Shown here: piece by piece, positions 1 through 8,681 of the stretch
Numbering within the stretch: position 1 is the first letter of the stretch
How the letters are laid out: every line of letters begins with the position of its first letter
UHGV virus genome: UHGV-0299211
Origin: a virus
DNA: 49,614 nucleotides
Reading direction: 5' to 3' (one strand)
Notes under the pieces: generated by a model
What the model was told of the DNA's origin: nothing
The model's input: the letters and a program-made list of their open reading frames with translations, nothing else
Database searches by the model: none
Made by a program: the position numbers and the translations under genes

Positions 1-618
1 AACATTGGAGATTTTGTTACAGTAGCAGATGAAGAACTTGGAATGGAAATTGATGCACAGATTACAAATGTGATTATAACAAGGCAGGACGATAGAAATA
101 TAGTTGATATAGAATTTACATATGGCTCAAGAATTAAAGATATTGTGGATGAATCTAAAGTTGCAATAAAAAAAATTGAAGAGAACAATGTTAATGTTAA
201 ATACATTGAAGCAAGCACAAAGAAATTAGAGAGTATACTTGATGATGTTGTAAAAAGTCTATCGGACAAGGTGAATGTAACGGCACTCGGTGTTGATGTT
301 GTAGAATCGTTTACAGGTCAATATTTTAATTCAGCACCAATCTATCAGAAAATGATAAATATTGGAACATTACCGAATGATACTACAAAGTCTATAAATA
401 CAGGTATTACCGATGCCAATTATATCTGGATTGATGCAGAAAATAGTTTTGCATTTAGTGGCGGTGCAAATTATCCAATCCCATATGTAGACCCAAAAGA
501 CGTGTCTAATTCTATAGGCATAAGAATTATTGGAAATGGTACAACAGTAATTATATCAACCGGAGCAAACTGGACTTCATATTCAGGAGTTATTACCTTA
601 AGATATACTAAGAGGTGA
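1..618 (+). CDS. Tail protein, C-terminal fragment. The reading frame is open from position 1. It may continue the Tal gene that runs off the window's 3' end, if the record is circular.
   Basis: The frame of ORF 43..618 is open back to nt 1. The position is immediately upstream of the BppU-like and receptor-binding genes. Confidence 0.5.
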   Translation, partial: NIGDFVTVADEELGMEIDAQITNVIITRQDDRNIVDIEFTYGSRIKDIVDESKVAIKKIEENNVNVKYIEASTKKLESILDDVVKSLSDKVNVTALGVDVVESFTGQYFNSAPIYQKMINIGTLPNDTTKSINTGITDANYIWIDAENSFAFSGGANYPIPYVDPKDVSNSIGIRIIGNGTTVIISTGANWTSYSGVITLRYTKR

Positions 619-633
619 AAGGAGTGATTAGTT

Positions 634-1344
634 ATGGCGGAAAAGTATGGTTTTTTTAACGCAGTAGAAACAAGTAGCGGTGTATATGATAGAACATATA
701 ATGCAGAAGATTTTGCAAATTATTTTTCAAAGTTCATCAGCAATGGCGTGTTTATAGAGCCAACAGATGGTTTAAAGGTGTCAGCACAAAGCGGATTGAA
801 AGTAACAGTAAAAGCAGGAAGTGCTTATATAGATGGATATTATTATGAATTAACAGAAGATAAAACATTAACAGTTCAAGTTAATAGTTCTTCGTATGTT
901 CAAACAGATTCAGTTGTAATAAGGTTGGATAAAACAAATAGAAAAATGTCGCTAGAACTTAAAAACAATAGTACAAATGTCTCAAACACATCAACAGTAA
1001 AAGAACTACAGCTTGCAACAATCAGAAAGTCTGTAGGAGTGTCGAGTATCAGTGCGTCAGATATAACAGATAAAAGACCTTATAATGAAGTATGTGGTTT
1101 TGTTGCAGGAGTTGTTCAGCAAATAAGTACATCTGATTTGTTTTCGCAGTTCACTTCAATGTTCAATGAATGGTTTGACGGAATCAAAGGACAACTTGGT
1201 GGAGATATGGCAACAAGTTTACAAAATCAAATAAATGAGATTAACACAAAGATAAATGCAATGCCAACAATAAGACAGGGAACAGCAGAGCCAAGTGACT
1301 CGACAGGAAAAGACGGAGATATTTATATCCGTATTACTGGTTAG
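634..1344 (+). CDS. Baseplate upper protein (BppU)-like tail protein
   Basis: N-terminus MAEKYGFFNAV...YDRTYNAEDFANYF is the conserved start of BppU-type baseplate proteins of Firmicutes siphophages. RBS GAAAGGAG. Follows Dit/Tal. Confidence 0.55.
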   Translation: MAEKYGFFNAVETSSGVYDRTYNAEDFANYFSKFISNGVFIEPTDGLKVSAQSGLKVTVKAGSAYIDGYYYELTEDKTLTVQVNSSSYVQTDSVVIRLDKTNRKMSLELKNNSTNVSNTSTVKELQLATIRKSVGVSSISASDITDKRPYNEVCGFVAGVVQQISTSDLFSQFTSMFNEWFDGIKGQLGGDMATSLQNQINEINTKINAMPTIRQGTAEPSDSTGKDGDIYIRITG

Positions 1345-1356
1345 GAGGTGTGATAT

Positions 1357-2352
1357 ATGTCAGCACCAAGTGGTACACAATGGAGTCCAGCTTCAACCGG
1401 TACAAATTACCAAGGTTGTATTGGACTTTATGTTACACAATCAAATAGTAAAACACAAACAACAGTTACAGTGCAAGTATGGTATTGGTCACAATATTCT
1501 TGTCAAGATAGCTCTAATACATTTTATTTCGATTGGGGTAGTTCTGCAAATTCTAGTATTGGCAGTAGGAGTATAAACACAAGTTCTGGACATAGCTGGG
1601 ATACAGCAAACCAAGTCTTAATTGGAACATACAGCAAAACATACAATAGAGGAACATCTAGTTCTATTGGTACATGTTCTGCTAGGTTTACTGGAATCGA
1701 ATATGGTGGAGGAAACTCGTACACAGCAAATGTAAACTTTACAATTCCGGCAATAGACAGATACACAATTACTTATCATGGAAATGGTGGTCTGTGGAAT
1801 CAAAAGGATAGATGGTCAGAACAAGTTTACTATGGTTCGAGTTATGTTACACAAAAAAACTTTTTTACAAGAAATGGTTATGTGTTTAAAGGTTGGGTGG
1901 AAAGTAATGGAACGGACTGGACTCCGTGGATTGGAAAGCCATGGACATGGACATATGAAAGAAATGTAGATTTATATGCAGTATGGGAGAGAATAAGTTG
2001 TGCTGTCAAATTTGATGCAGGTTCAAATGGTGGAACTGTTAATGGTTCTGATTCGATTGTACGAACCGTATATTATGGAGACAGGTTAGGAGAACTACCA
2101 ACAGCAAAAAGGCTGAACTATGAATTTTTAGGCTGGAATACAAATCAAAATGGAAGTGGTTCATATATTGAAGAAACGAGCATAATAACAGCAAATATAA
2201 CATTATATGCAATATTCAAGTTACAAGCTAATTGCTACACAAAACAAAGTAGCAAGTACAAAACTGGTATGATGTATAGAAAAGATGGAAAATACAGTAC
2301 AGGAATTGTAAAAGTAAAAGTAAATGGAAAATACAAAGATGCAACAATTTAA
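1357..2352 (+). CDS. Receptor-binding / tail fiber protein with two Listeria-Bacteroides repeat domains
   Basis: Two tandem repeats of about 75 aa (nt ~1759-1980 and ~1996-2217). Both carry YTITYHGNGG...GYVFKGW and AVKFDAGSNGG...YEFLGW signatures typical of the Flg_new / List-Bact repeat. RBS AGGAGGTG. Confidence 0.6.
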   Translation: MSAPSGTQWSPASTGTNYQGCIGLYVTQSNSKTQTTVTVQVWYWSQYSCQDSSNTFYFDWGSSANSSIGSRSINTSSGHSWDTANQVLIGTYSKTYNRGTSSSIGTCSARFTGIEYGGGNSYTANVNFTIPAIDRYTITYHGNGGLWNQKDRWSEQVYYGSSYVTQKNFFTRNGYVFKGWVESNGTDWTPWIGKPWTWTYERNVDLYAVWERISCAVKFDAGSNGGTVNGSDSIVRTVYYGDRLGELPTAKRLNYEFLGWNTNQNGSGSYIEETSIITANITLYAIFKLQANCYTKQSSKYKTGMMYRKDGKYSTGIVKVKVNGKYKDATI

Positions 2353-2367
2353 GGAAGTGAAACAAAC

Positions 2368-2610
2368 ATGGAAGAATTTAGCGAAGTTTTGTTAGACGTG
2401 CAAAAAGAGTATAAACGCTCTAACAAACTAAAAGATATTATAATTATCATTCTAATTGTTTTAATGTTTTTGCAATCAGCATTTAGTTTTGGTTGTTTTG
2501 TTTGGTATGAATCACAATTTGATTATGTGACAACAAATGGAAAAGATGTTGATGTCGAAACAAGTGGAGATAATGCAAATGCAGAATACAACGATGTAAG
2601 CGGAAATTAA
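2368..2610 (+). CDS. Small single-pass membrane protein
   Basis: 80 aa with a hydrophobic stretch IIIIILIVLMFLQSAFSFGCFVW. RBS GGAAGTGA. Confidence 0.4.
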   Translation: MEEFSEVLLDVQKEYKRSNKLKDIIIIILIVLMFLQSAFSFGCFVWYESQFDYVTTNGKDVDVETSGDNANAEYNDVSGN

Positions 2611-2654
2611 TATAATGATAATGCGGTTCACAACCAAGGTGGTGAGAATTAAGA

Positions 2655-2789
2655 ATGGCGAAAGCAAGAATACACGTAACTAAAACAGCTAAAACTGTTA
2701 AGATTGCAAAAAATAGAAATAAACAAGGCGGAAATCATAAGAGGTGTCCGGTATGTGGTAAGTTCATGGGAAGTGGTAAGCATGGATAA
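2655..2789 (+). CDS. Small basic Zn-ribbon protein (44 aa)
   Basis: MAKARIHVTKTAKTVKIAKNRNKQGGNHKRCPVCGKFMGSGKHG. Strong RBS AAGGTGGTGA 8 nt upstream. Its stop overlaps the start of the next gene. Confidence 0.4.
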   Translation: MAKARIHVTKTAKTVKIAKNRNKQGGNHKRCPVCGKFMGSGKHG

Positions 2790-3015
2790 AAAGAACGCAG
2801 AAACTAGGACGAAATTAAAGAATATAAGTTCTGTAAAAGAGTTTGGTGATTTGATGGAACAAACAATGTTGAGTGAGGAAGAAAAGCAGATTTTATGGAT
2901 GCATTATAAGGAAAAGAAAACCTTACAATGTATAGCGGATGAAATTGGACTATCAGAAATTGCAGTTAAAAAGAAACATAGAAAGATGCTTATGAAAATA
3001 GGAAGAATGATTTGA
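2782..3015 (+). CDS. Sigma-70 region-4-like HTH regulator (possible late-gene or accessory-island activator)
   Basis: LSEEEKQILWMHYKEKKTLQCIADEIGLSEIAVKKKHRKMLMKI resembles sigma region 4 / LuxR-type HTH. The start at 2782 is translationally coupled to the upstream Zn-ribbon ORF. The ORF track extends it to 2704. Confidence 0.5.
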   Translation: MDKKNAETRTKLKNISSVKEFGDLMEQTMLSEEEKQILWMHYKEKKTLQCIADEIGLSEIAVKKKHRKMLMKIGRMI

Positions 3016-3016
3016 G

Positions 3017-3042
3017 GGAGTGCGAAAGCACTCTTTTTTTTT
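3017..3042 (+). terminator. Intrinsic terminator
   Basis: Hairpin GGAGTGC-GAAA-GCACTC followed by T9. Confidence 0.7.
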
Positions 3043-3087
3043 ATTGCATATATTCTTTAAGGTTATTCCTAGTATACTTTGTTTATA

Positions 3088-3115
3088 TTTCAAAACATTA
3101 AAAGTGTGATATATT
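3088..3115 (+). promoter_or_regulatory. Putative sigma-A-type promoter with extended -10
   Basis: TTTCAA, 16-nt spacer, TGaTATATT, upstream of the 3141 gene. Confidence 0.35.
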
Positions 3116-3140
3116 ATAAGCATGAAAGGAGTGGTGATTG

Positions 3141-3572
3141 ATGTACAATTATACAGGGTATGGGATGAATCCATATCAGCAACAATTAACACAAAATAGA
3201 ATTGCACAGATGGAACAGCAATATAACTACCAACAGCCATATATGCAAAATCAGAGTCAAACACAGATGTTAAAAGGTAGACCAGTTTCAAGTTATGATG
3301 AAGCGAAAGCAAGTATGATTGACTTAGACGGCAGTTTATTTGTCTTTACAGATATCGCAAATGGTTGTATCTACACAAAGCAAATATTGTTAGATGGTTC
3401 AGCAGAACTTAAAACATATATATTAAAACCAACAGAAAATAAAGTAAATGTTGAATATGTATCTAAACAGCAGTTTGAAAATGTTGTAAGTGAATTGAAA
3501 CAAAGAATAAAAGAACTCAAGGAGGGTGTGGCTTATGTTTCAGAAGTTGAGCAAACAAATGATGCAGAATAA
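3141..3572 (+). CDS. Gln/Tyr-rich hypothetical protein (prion-like N-terminus plus a C-terminal globular domain)
   Basis: ATG at 3141 with RBS AAAGGAGTGGTGA. N-terminus YNYTGYGMNPYQQQ...QQYNYQQPYMQNQSQTQ. C-terminal domain DLDGSLFVFTDIANGCIY. Confidence 0.5.
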   Translation: MYNYTGYGMNPYQQQLTQNRIAQMEQQYNYQQPYMQNQSQTQMLKGRPVSSYDEAKASMIDLDGSLFVFTDIANGCIYTKQILLDGSAELKTYILKPTENKVNVEYVSKQQFENVVSELKQRIKELKEGVAYVSEVEQTNDAE

Positions 3573-3723
3573 TCCGCTTTTTAAAAGAGCAGAAGAAATG
3601 GCACAAGGTAAATCAGAACAAGAACTTGAGCAAGTAGCTAGAAACTTATGTAAGCAAAGAGGAATAGATATAGAACAGGCTTATAAACAGTTTCAAGCAT
3701 TTATGGGTGGTATGAACCGCTAA
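3535..3723 (+). CDS. Small hypothetical protein
   Basis: RBS AAGGAGGGTG precedes the ATG at 3535. It overlaps the end of the previous gene. Confidence 0.3.
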   Translation: MFQKLSKQMMQNNPLFKRAEEMAQGKSEQELEQVARNLCKQRGIDIEQAYKQFQAFMGGMNR

Positions 3724-3773
3724 AGTGTACATATAGCGGTTTATATAAATATTATTAAATGGAGGTAACAATT

Positions 3774-4466
3774 ATGGGAATGGATGGAAATGGATTGAGT
3801 GTAGCTGATGCATTAGCACTCGGAAAAGAAAACAATGGAATGTTCGGAGATGGCAATGGAAGTTGGATTTTCTTCTTATTCTTCCTACTCGCATGGGGAG
3901 GTAACTTTGGAAACTGGGGTGGAAATGGTATGAATAGTACAGCAAGCGCATATACAGATAGTGCAATTCAGAGAGGTTTTGACAACCAAGCAGTCATGAA
4001 TAAGCTGAATGGTTTGGAGAATGGAATTTGTGATGGATTCTATGCAGTGAATACTTCGCTTCTGAATGGTTTTAATGGAACACAGCAAGCAATCAATAAT
4101 GTAGCAGTAGCTGGAATGCAGAACACAAATGCACTTGCTTCACAGCTTGCGGATTGTTGTTGCACAACGCAGAGAAGTATTGATTCTGTAAGATATGAGA
4201 ATGCAAAAAATACTTGTGATATTGTGAACGCCATTAAAGCAGATGGTGATGCAACAAGAGCATTAATGACACAGAATGAGATTCAGAGTTTACGTGACCA
4301 GTTACAGACAGCAAACTTCCAGCTGAGTCAACAGGCACAGAACGCAACGCTGATTTCAACATTAAGACCAACACCAATTCCAGCATATCAGACATGTAGT
4401 CCATATGAAAGCGCACAGATGTTTTCACATTATGGAACAGCTTGCAACAATGGATGTGGGTGCTAA
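3774..4466 (+). CDS. Gly/Asn-rich membrane-anchored protein with a Cys-rich C-terminus
   Basis: Perfect RBS GGAGGT 8 nt before the ATG at 3774. TM segment WIFFLFFLLAWGG. GNFGNWGGNG repeats. C-terminal CCC...C...CNNGCGC. Confidence 0.5.
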   Translation: MGMDGNGLSVADALALGKENNGMFGDGNGSWIFFLFFLLAWGGNFGNWGGNGMNSTASAYTDSAIQRGFDNQAVMNKLNGLENGICDGFYAVNTSLLNGFNGTQQAINNVAVAGMQNTNALASQLADCCCTTQRSIDSVRYENAKNTCDIVNAIKADGDATRALMTQNEIQSLRDQLQTANFQLSQQAQNATLISTLRPTPIPAYQTCSPYESAQMFSHYGTACNNGCGC

Positions 4467-4519
4467 AGCGTTTATTTGATGATTTAAGAGAGTTTCCGCT
4501 TATGCGTGATATATTTGTA

Positions 4520-4550
4520 GGGGCGGCATAAAAACCGCCCTATTCGTTTA
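4520..4550 (+). terminator. Intrinsic terminator
   Basis: GGGGCGG-cataaaaa-CCGCCCT followed by a T-rich tract. Confidence 0.45.
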
Positions 4551-4579
4551 ATTAAAAGTATTAGAAAGGGTGATATAAA

Positions 4580-4954
4580 ATGGCATGTAGTTTATATAAT
4601 AATAATGGATATGGATGCGGTGGTTGCATACACTTTGTTAAAACAAACAGCGTAGTAGTTCAAGATGGTGTTTTGATTTTGAATATACCACAGGCAAGTT
4701 ATAGTAATAAAGAAAGAGTATGTATTTGTATAGCACAGGCAATTCCAACAGTAACAAGTGCAGAAACGGTAGCTATAACAATCGGAACAGGAACAACACA
4801 ATATGTACTTAGAACAAAGTGCGGAAATAATGTTCATGCAGACCAGTTAAGAAGTAGAAAAGTGTACCACACAAATGTTGCGACAGATGTTGGTACTTTC
4901 ATGGTTAGTAGCTGTGAGTTATGCGGAACAAGTTATAATTTTCCAGTAATATAA
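4580..4954 (+). CDS. Cys-rich hypothetical protein
   Basis: RBS AAAGGGTGA. 124 aa with GYGCGGC, CICIAQ and CELCG motifs. Confidence 0.5.
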   Translation: MACSLYNNNGYGCGGCIHFVKTNSVVVQDGVLILNIPQASYSNKERVCICIAQAIPTVTSAETVAITIGTGTTQYVLRTKCGNNVHADQLRSRKVYHTNVATDVGTFMVSSCELCGTSYNFPVI

Positions 4955-4967
4955 GGAGGGTAAAACA

Positions 4968-5360
4968 ATGTATGAAGTAAATGGTGTGAAATATGACGAA
5001 AATGTAAATACAAACAAAACAAATACAGAACAGGGATGGAATACACAGGAACAGCAACCATATATGGGAACACAAAGAAACAAACGCATGCAAGAAAACA
5101 TTGCAGAAGAAGTGTATGTAAAACTTGATGAACACATGCAGAAAGCATTAAGTTTCCATGAACAGCTTGCAGACTATTTCTGTTTCCTTGGTTTACAAGG
5201 TTTTAAGAGAAAGTTAGAATGTCAGTATATGGATGAATGTGCAAACAAAAGAAAGCTACACCACAAGTACATAAATCTTCACCAAAAATTGATTCCGTTA
5301 AGACAAGTGCAGTTCCCACAGATGATTCCAAGAGATTGGAGTAAATACACAAGGTTATAG
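4968..5360 (+). CDS. Hypothetical protein
   Basis: RBS AAGGAGGG. 130 aa. No recognizable motif. Confidence 0.5.
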   Translation: MYEVNGVKYDENVNTNKTNTEQGWNTQEQQPYMGTQRNKRMQENIAEEVYVKLDEHMQKALSFHEQLADYFCFLGLQGFKRKLECQYMDECANKRKLHHKYINLHQKLIPLRQVQFPQMIPRDWSKYTRL

Positions 5361-5405
5361 TTATGCAAGATATTGCTTATTCAATTAAAAAATATAATTA
5401 AGGGG

Positions 5406-5434
5406 TTGACAAAATCAGCCCTTTGATATATAAT
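5406..5434 (+). promoter_or_regulatory. Consensus sigma-A promoter (TTGACA-17-TATAAT) inside a GGGG...CCC hairpin element
   Basis: Exact -35 and -10 hexamers with a 17-nt spacer. The same 30-nt element recurs at 9506. Confidence 0.7.
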
Positions 5435-5483
5435 TAAATTAAGTTAAGAGAAAACAAATAAAACAGAAAAGGAGAAAACAAAA

Positions 5484-5636
5484 ATGAAGAAAGAATTTAT
5501 TAAAAATAATAATTTAACAGGAATGGTTATAGAGCTTGTTGATGGTCTTGGAATGAGCAGTGCAGATGCTATTGAATATGTTTATGATATGAAAACAATG
5601 AGCAATGAAGAATTTGCTAAAAAATATTTAAAATAA
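5484..5636 (+). CDS. Small ORF (50 aa)
   Basis: RBS AAAGGAGAAAACAAAAATG. MKKEFIKNNNLTGMVIELVDGLGMSSADAIEYVYDMKTMSNEEFAKKYLK. Confidence 0.4.
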   Translation: MKKEFIKNNNLTGMVIELVDGLGMSSADAIEYVYDMKTMSNEEFAKKYLK

Positions 5637-5639
5637 ATG

Positions 5640-5668
5640 TTGACAGTATTTGAAACATATGTTAATAT
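5640..5668 (+). promoter_or_regulatory. Sigma-A promoter TTGACA-17-TAATAT
   Basis: Read directly from the sequence. Confidence 0.65.
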
Positions 5669-5711
5669 AGTTTTAGAAATAAGAAAGAAAACAAATTAGG
5701 AGGAAATAAAA

Positions 5712-5909
5712 ATGATAAAATATGTAGAGTTTGAAACAATCGTATTAGCAACATACAGAAGAGGATTGGCTAGTTTTGAGGAAGCAGAAAACAAGTTGTA
5801 TGGATATCTGAAATGTATGACAGATATAGGAGTGTTAGAAGTGCATAGAGCAAGCGAGGAATTTCAGATTTCAGTAAAGAAACTTTTAGATATTTCAAAT
5901 AGAAAATAG
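5712..5909 (+). CDS. Small hypothetical protein
   Basis: RBS AGGAGGAAATAAAAATG. Confidence 0.45.
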   Translation: MIKYVEFETIVLATYRRGLASFEEAENKLYGYLKCMTDIGVLEVHRASEEFQISVKKLLDISNRK

Positions 5910-5922
5910 GAGATAAAACAAA

Positions 5923-6114
5923 ATGACACCATACAACTACAGAAAGCTACGGAGAAAAGTAAAAAGAAAGGTGAGAACGTTCAAAAGAGCGTTCCGAGCC
6001 TTTTGGAAAGAATGGGGCATAACAAAACAGGATTTCAATGACATTATAGCTTGTTTATCATTGTTTGGAATGATTTATATGTTATCAGTAATTTGTATAA
6101 TCGTTTTAAAATAA
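5923..6114 (+). CDS. Small basic protein with a C-terminal transmembrane helix
   Basis: RKLRRKVKRKVRTFKRAFRAFWK followed by LSLFGMIYMLSVICIIVL. Confidence 0.45.
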   Translation: MTPYNYRKLRRKVKRKVRTFKRAFRAFWKEWGITKQDFNDIIACLSLFGMIYMLSVICIIVLK

Positions 6115-6117
6115 ATA

Positions 6118-6146
6118 TTGACAAAGAAAAAGTAGAGTGATATAAT
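6118..6146 (+). promoter_or_regulatory. Sigma-A promoter TTGACA-17-TATAAT
   Basis: Read directly from the sequence. Confidence 0.7.
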
Positions 6147-6178
6147 TAAGACATAAAAAGAAAAGGAGAACAAAACAA

Positions 6179-6823
6179 ATGAGATTTGAAGAAATGAAAG
6201 TTGCAGATTTAAAACAGGAGTCAAGAAATAGAGGACTCACATTAGAAAGCAAAGGATATAAGTTCACAAAACAGGAGTTGATTGACAGACTTAATGCTTA
6301 TGAGAATGAAGTTGTTGAAAAACAGCCAGAATCAAATAATGAGGATAATGAAGCATGGGGTGAAGTAAAAAGCGAAACAAAGGTAGAAAAACCAGTTGAA
6401 ACAAAAGAGGTTAAAACAAGTACAGATGAAACAGAAGAAAGAAAATTTGCAACACTTGAAGAAATCGAAATGAAATATGGTTCAAGAAAAGAGCAGAGAA
6501 TTTATGACAATGTTTTACAGGTTGGGTGCATGATTTGTTATGTTAGATTTATCGAAACAAAGCACGGAAAACTTTTAAAGAAGTTGGGAACAGCAAAAGT
6601 TGTCGGAGTAAATAGAAGAAAGGAGCTTGTAAGAGTACAGACACCAGTAGGAGAAGAGAAAGAACTAACATTTGATGAACTTATTTTCATTCGTGATGTA
6701 AATGTCAGAACATATCCGAAAGATATCAATTCAGTATTATATGCACAGAGACAGGCAGTAAAGGAATACAAGGAAAGGATAGGACAGAAGAATGAATACA
6801 GCACAGATAGAACAGAGCGTTAG
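6179..6823 (+). CDS. Protein with an N-terminal SAP/HeH-like motif and an acidic linker
   Basis: MKVADLKQESRNRGLTLESKGYKFTKQELIDRLNAYE resembles a SAP / Rho-N helix-extension-helix. RBS AAAAGGAGAA. Confidence 0.5.
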   Translation: MRFEEMKVADLKQESRNRGLTLESKGYKFTKQELIDRLNAYENEVVEKQPESNNEDNEAWGEVKSETKVEKPVETKEVKTSTDETEERKFATLEEIEMKYGSRKEQRIYDNVLQVGCMICYVRFIETKHGKLLKKLGTAKVVGVNRRKELVRVQTPVGEEKELTFDELIFIRDVNVRTYPKDINSVLYAQRQAVKEYKERIGQKNEYSTDRTER

Positions 6824-7328
6824 AAGATTATATGAAGCACAGCAAGAGAAAAAGAAGTTTGACCAATATTATGATGAAGTAAGAAAAAAAGAACAGCTTG
6901 CAGTTACAAATTTTATGTTTACAAATCTCCCAAAAGGAGAAGAAACTTTTGACATTGAGTTAAAAGATGGGATGAATTATTACACAAACCATGTGAAGCT
7001 TAAAGTAACAAAAGTTAGAAGAAAGATGATAACATGGAAGTTTGAAAAGTTAAAACATAACATTTCAAAACAGTTGTACAAAACAGTTGTAAATAAGACA
7101 TACAAAGTAAATGATATGGATGGACTTGTTAAGTATTTGAAACAGTGTGGAGTAGATGCGAAGAAGTTCAAAAAGTTCATTGATGTTGAAGAAAGTATGG
7201 ACGAAACAAAGTTAGATAGAATGTATGAAACAGGAAAAATAAGTAAAGAGGACAAAGCACAGTTAGGAAAATGCTGTGATGTTGAAATATCAGAGCCATA
7301 TATTAAGATAACAGAACAGAAAGGCTAG
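6792..7328 (+). CDS. Hypothetical protein (replication module)
   Basis: 178 aa, RBS AAGGATAGGA. Confidence 0.45.
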   Translation: MNTAQIEQSVRRLYEAQQEKKKFDQYYDEVRKKEQLAVTNFMFTNLPKGEETFDIELKDGMNYYTNHVKLKVTKVRRKMITWKFEKLKHNISKQLYKTVVNKTYKVNDMDGLVKYLKQCGVDAKKFKKFIDVEESMDETKLDRMYETGKISKEDKAQLGKCCDVEISEPYIKITEQKG

Positions 7329-7338
7329 AACGATATGT

Positions 7339-8301
7339 ATGATGAGAACATATGGAGGAAAGGAACTTGCTAAAGTATTAATCTATTATGGAATTGTTGA
7401 AGAAATAACAACAACAGAGTTTAATATTATATGTCCTTTTCATGATGATATAAACCCATCAATGCGAATTTGTTTAGATGATGGAACATTTTTTTGTTTT
7501 GGTTGTGAAGCAAAAGGAAATGCATTAGATTTTGTTATGAAAGCACATCCAGAGTTAAATGACTTACAGGCATGTTGTTTATTGGAACAAATATTACATA
7601 GTGATAAGATAGAAAAGCTACAAATAAAGGTCAAAAGAAAGCGTAAGAAACAAAGTAAGCAAGCATTGATTGAAGCAAAGGATTATTACTATGGATTAAA
7701 AACAACAGATTGGAATGAAGCAAACAGTAAGGATGAAAAACAAATAATTGAATACATGAAGAAACGTGGATTCAGCAAACGTGCATTGAATGTTTCAAAG
7801 TGTAAATACAATTACAATGTTGCATATCCATTTATATTTCCAATATTGGACAATGGAAAGTTTATGGGATGGGTAGGAAGAACAATGAACCCGCATGTTG
7901 AAAAGAAAAGAAAGTATTTATACAATGAGGGATTCAGAAAGCGTGATACATTATGTGGAACTTATGAAGAGAACTGCATTCCATATATATGTGAGGGGTT
8001 CATGGATTATTTAAGTCTTAAAACAAGAGGGCATATAAAAAATGTTGTTGCAATACTTGGATGGCATATATCAGATGAACAAGTGAACAAATTAAAACAA
8101 AAAGGAATTACAACAGTAATATCTGCATTAGATAATGATGAATGCGGAACAAAAGGAACAGAGTATTTAAAGCGGTTTTTTAATGTTATACGCTTTGATT
8201 ATCCAGCTGATAAAAAGGATGTGGGGGAAATGTCAGAGGAAGAAATAAAAGCCGCTAAACAGCGTTCTAGGAGGGTCAGAAAGCATGGTGCTGAAATATA
8301 A
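7339..8301 (+). CDS. DNA primase (DnaG-like CHC2 zinc finger plus TOPRIM)
   Basis: CPFHDDINPSMRI...FFCFGCEAKGNALDF matches the zinc-binding domain. EGFMDYLSL...SALDNDECGTKG matches TOPRIM. Confidence 0.8.
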   Translation: MMRTYGGKELAKVLIYYGIVEEITTTEFNIICPFHDDINPSMRICLDDGTFFCFGCEAKGNALDFVMKAHPELNDLQACCLLEQILHSDKIEKLQIKVKRKRKKQSKQALIEAKDYYYGLKTTDWNEANSKDEKQIIEYMKKRGFSKRALNVSKCKYNYNVAYPFIFPILDNGKFMGWVGRTMNPHVEKKRKYLYNEGFRKRDTLCGTYEENCIPYICEGFMDYLSLKTRGHIKNVVAILGWHISDEQVNKLKQKGITTVISALDNDECGTKGTEYLKRFFNVIRFDYPADKKDVGEMSEEEIKAAKQRSRRVRKHGAEI

Positions 8302-8668
8302 AGTAACTTGTAAAATGAATTTGTATCACAAAGATACATTGGAAAAATTAACGATTGACAGAGTTGTGCATGGAGAGTATAATGAAGAAAGTGAAGAGTA
8401 CAAACTGATTTGTAGCGAATACGAAACAAAATTCGGATTTATGCGTAATGAGGATAAAGCAAGTTTTGATGAAATGCTTTTAACAGAACTCGTAAAACAA
8501 GCAAAACAAGTTGTGAAAGATTCAGTTAGTAACATAGCAAATGTTATAAAACAATGTTACCTTGAAGATGCAAATGCATATATAGAGTTCGGTGGTTATA
8601 TCATAAATCCAAAGCAGTTCTGTGTGGTAGAAATCGGTGAGTACAAAACAAACATATCAAAAGAATAA
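8285..8668 (+). CDS. Hypothetical protein
   Basis: ORF overlapping the end of the primase gene. Confidence 0.35.
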   Translation: MVLKYKVTCKMNLYHKDTLEKLTIDRVVHGEYNEESEEYKLICSEYETKFGFMRNEDKASFDEMLLTELVKQAKQVVKDSVSNIANVIKQCYLEDANAYIEFGGYIINPKQFCVVEIGEYKTNISKE

Positions 8669-8681
8669 AAGGAGAAACAAC

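Noticed and set aside
1295-1969. ORFs 1295..1576 (+) and 1778..1969 (+) and minus-strand ORFs inside the receptor-binding protein gene
   Set aside because: Alternative-frame overlaps of the 1357..2352 gene, which has a strong RBS and recognizable repeat domains.
1357-2352. Diversity-generating retroelement targeting the receptor-binding protein
   Set aside because: No reverse transcriptase (no YxDD-containing ORF) anywhere in the window. No template/variable repeat pair noticed.
4592-5148. Cluster of minus-strand ORFs (4592..4837, 4905..5148)
   Set aside because: Antisense to the 4580 and 4968 genes. Cys/Phe-rich translation artefacts.
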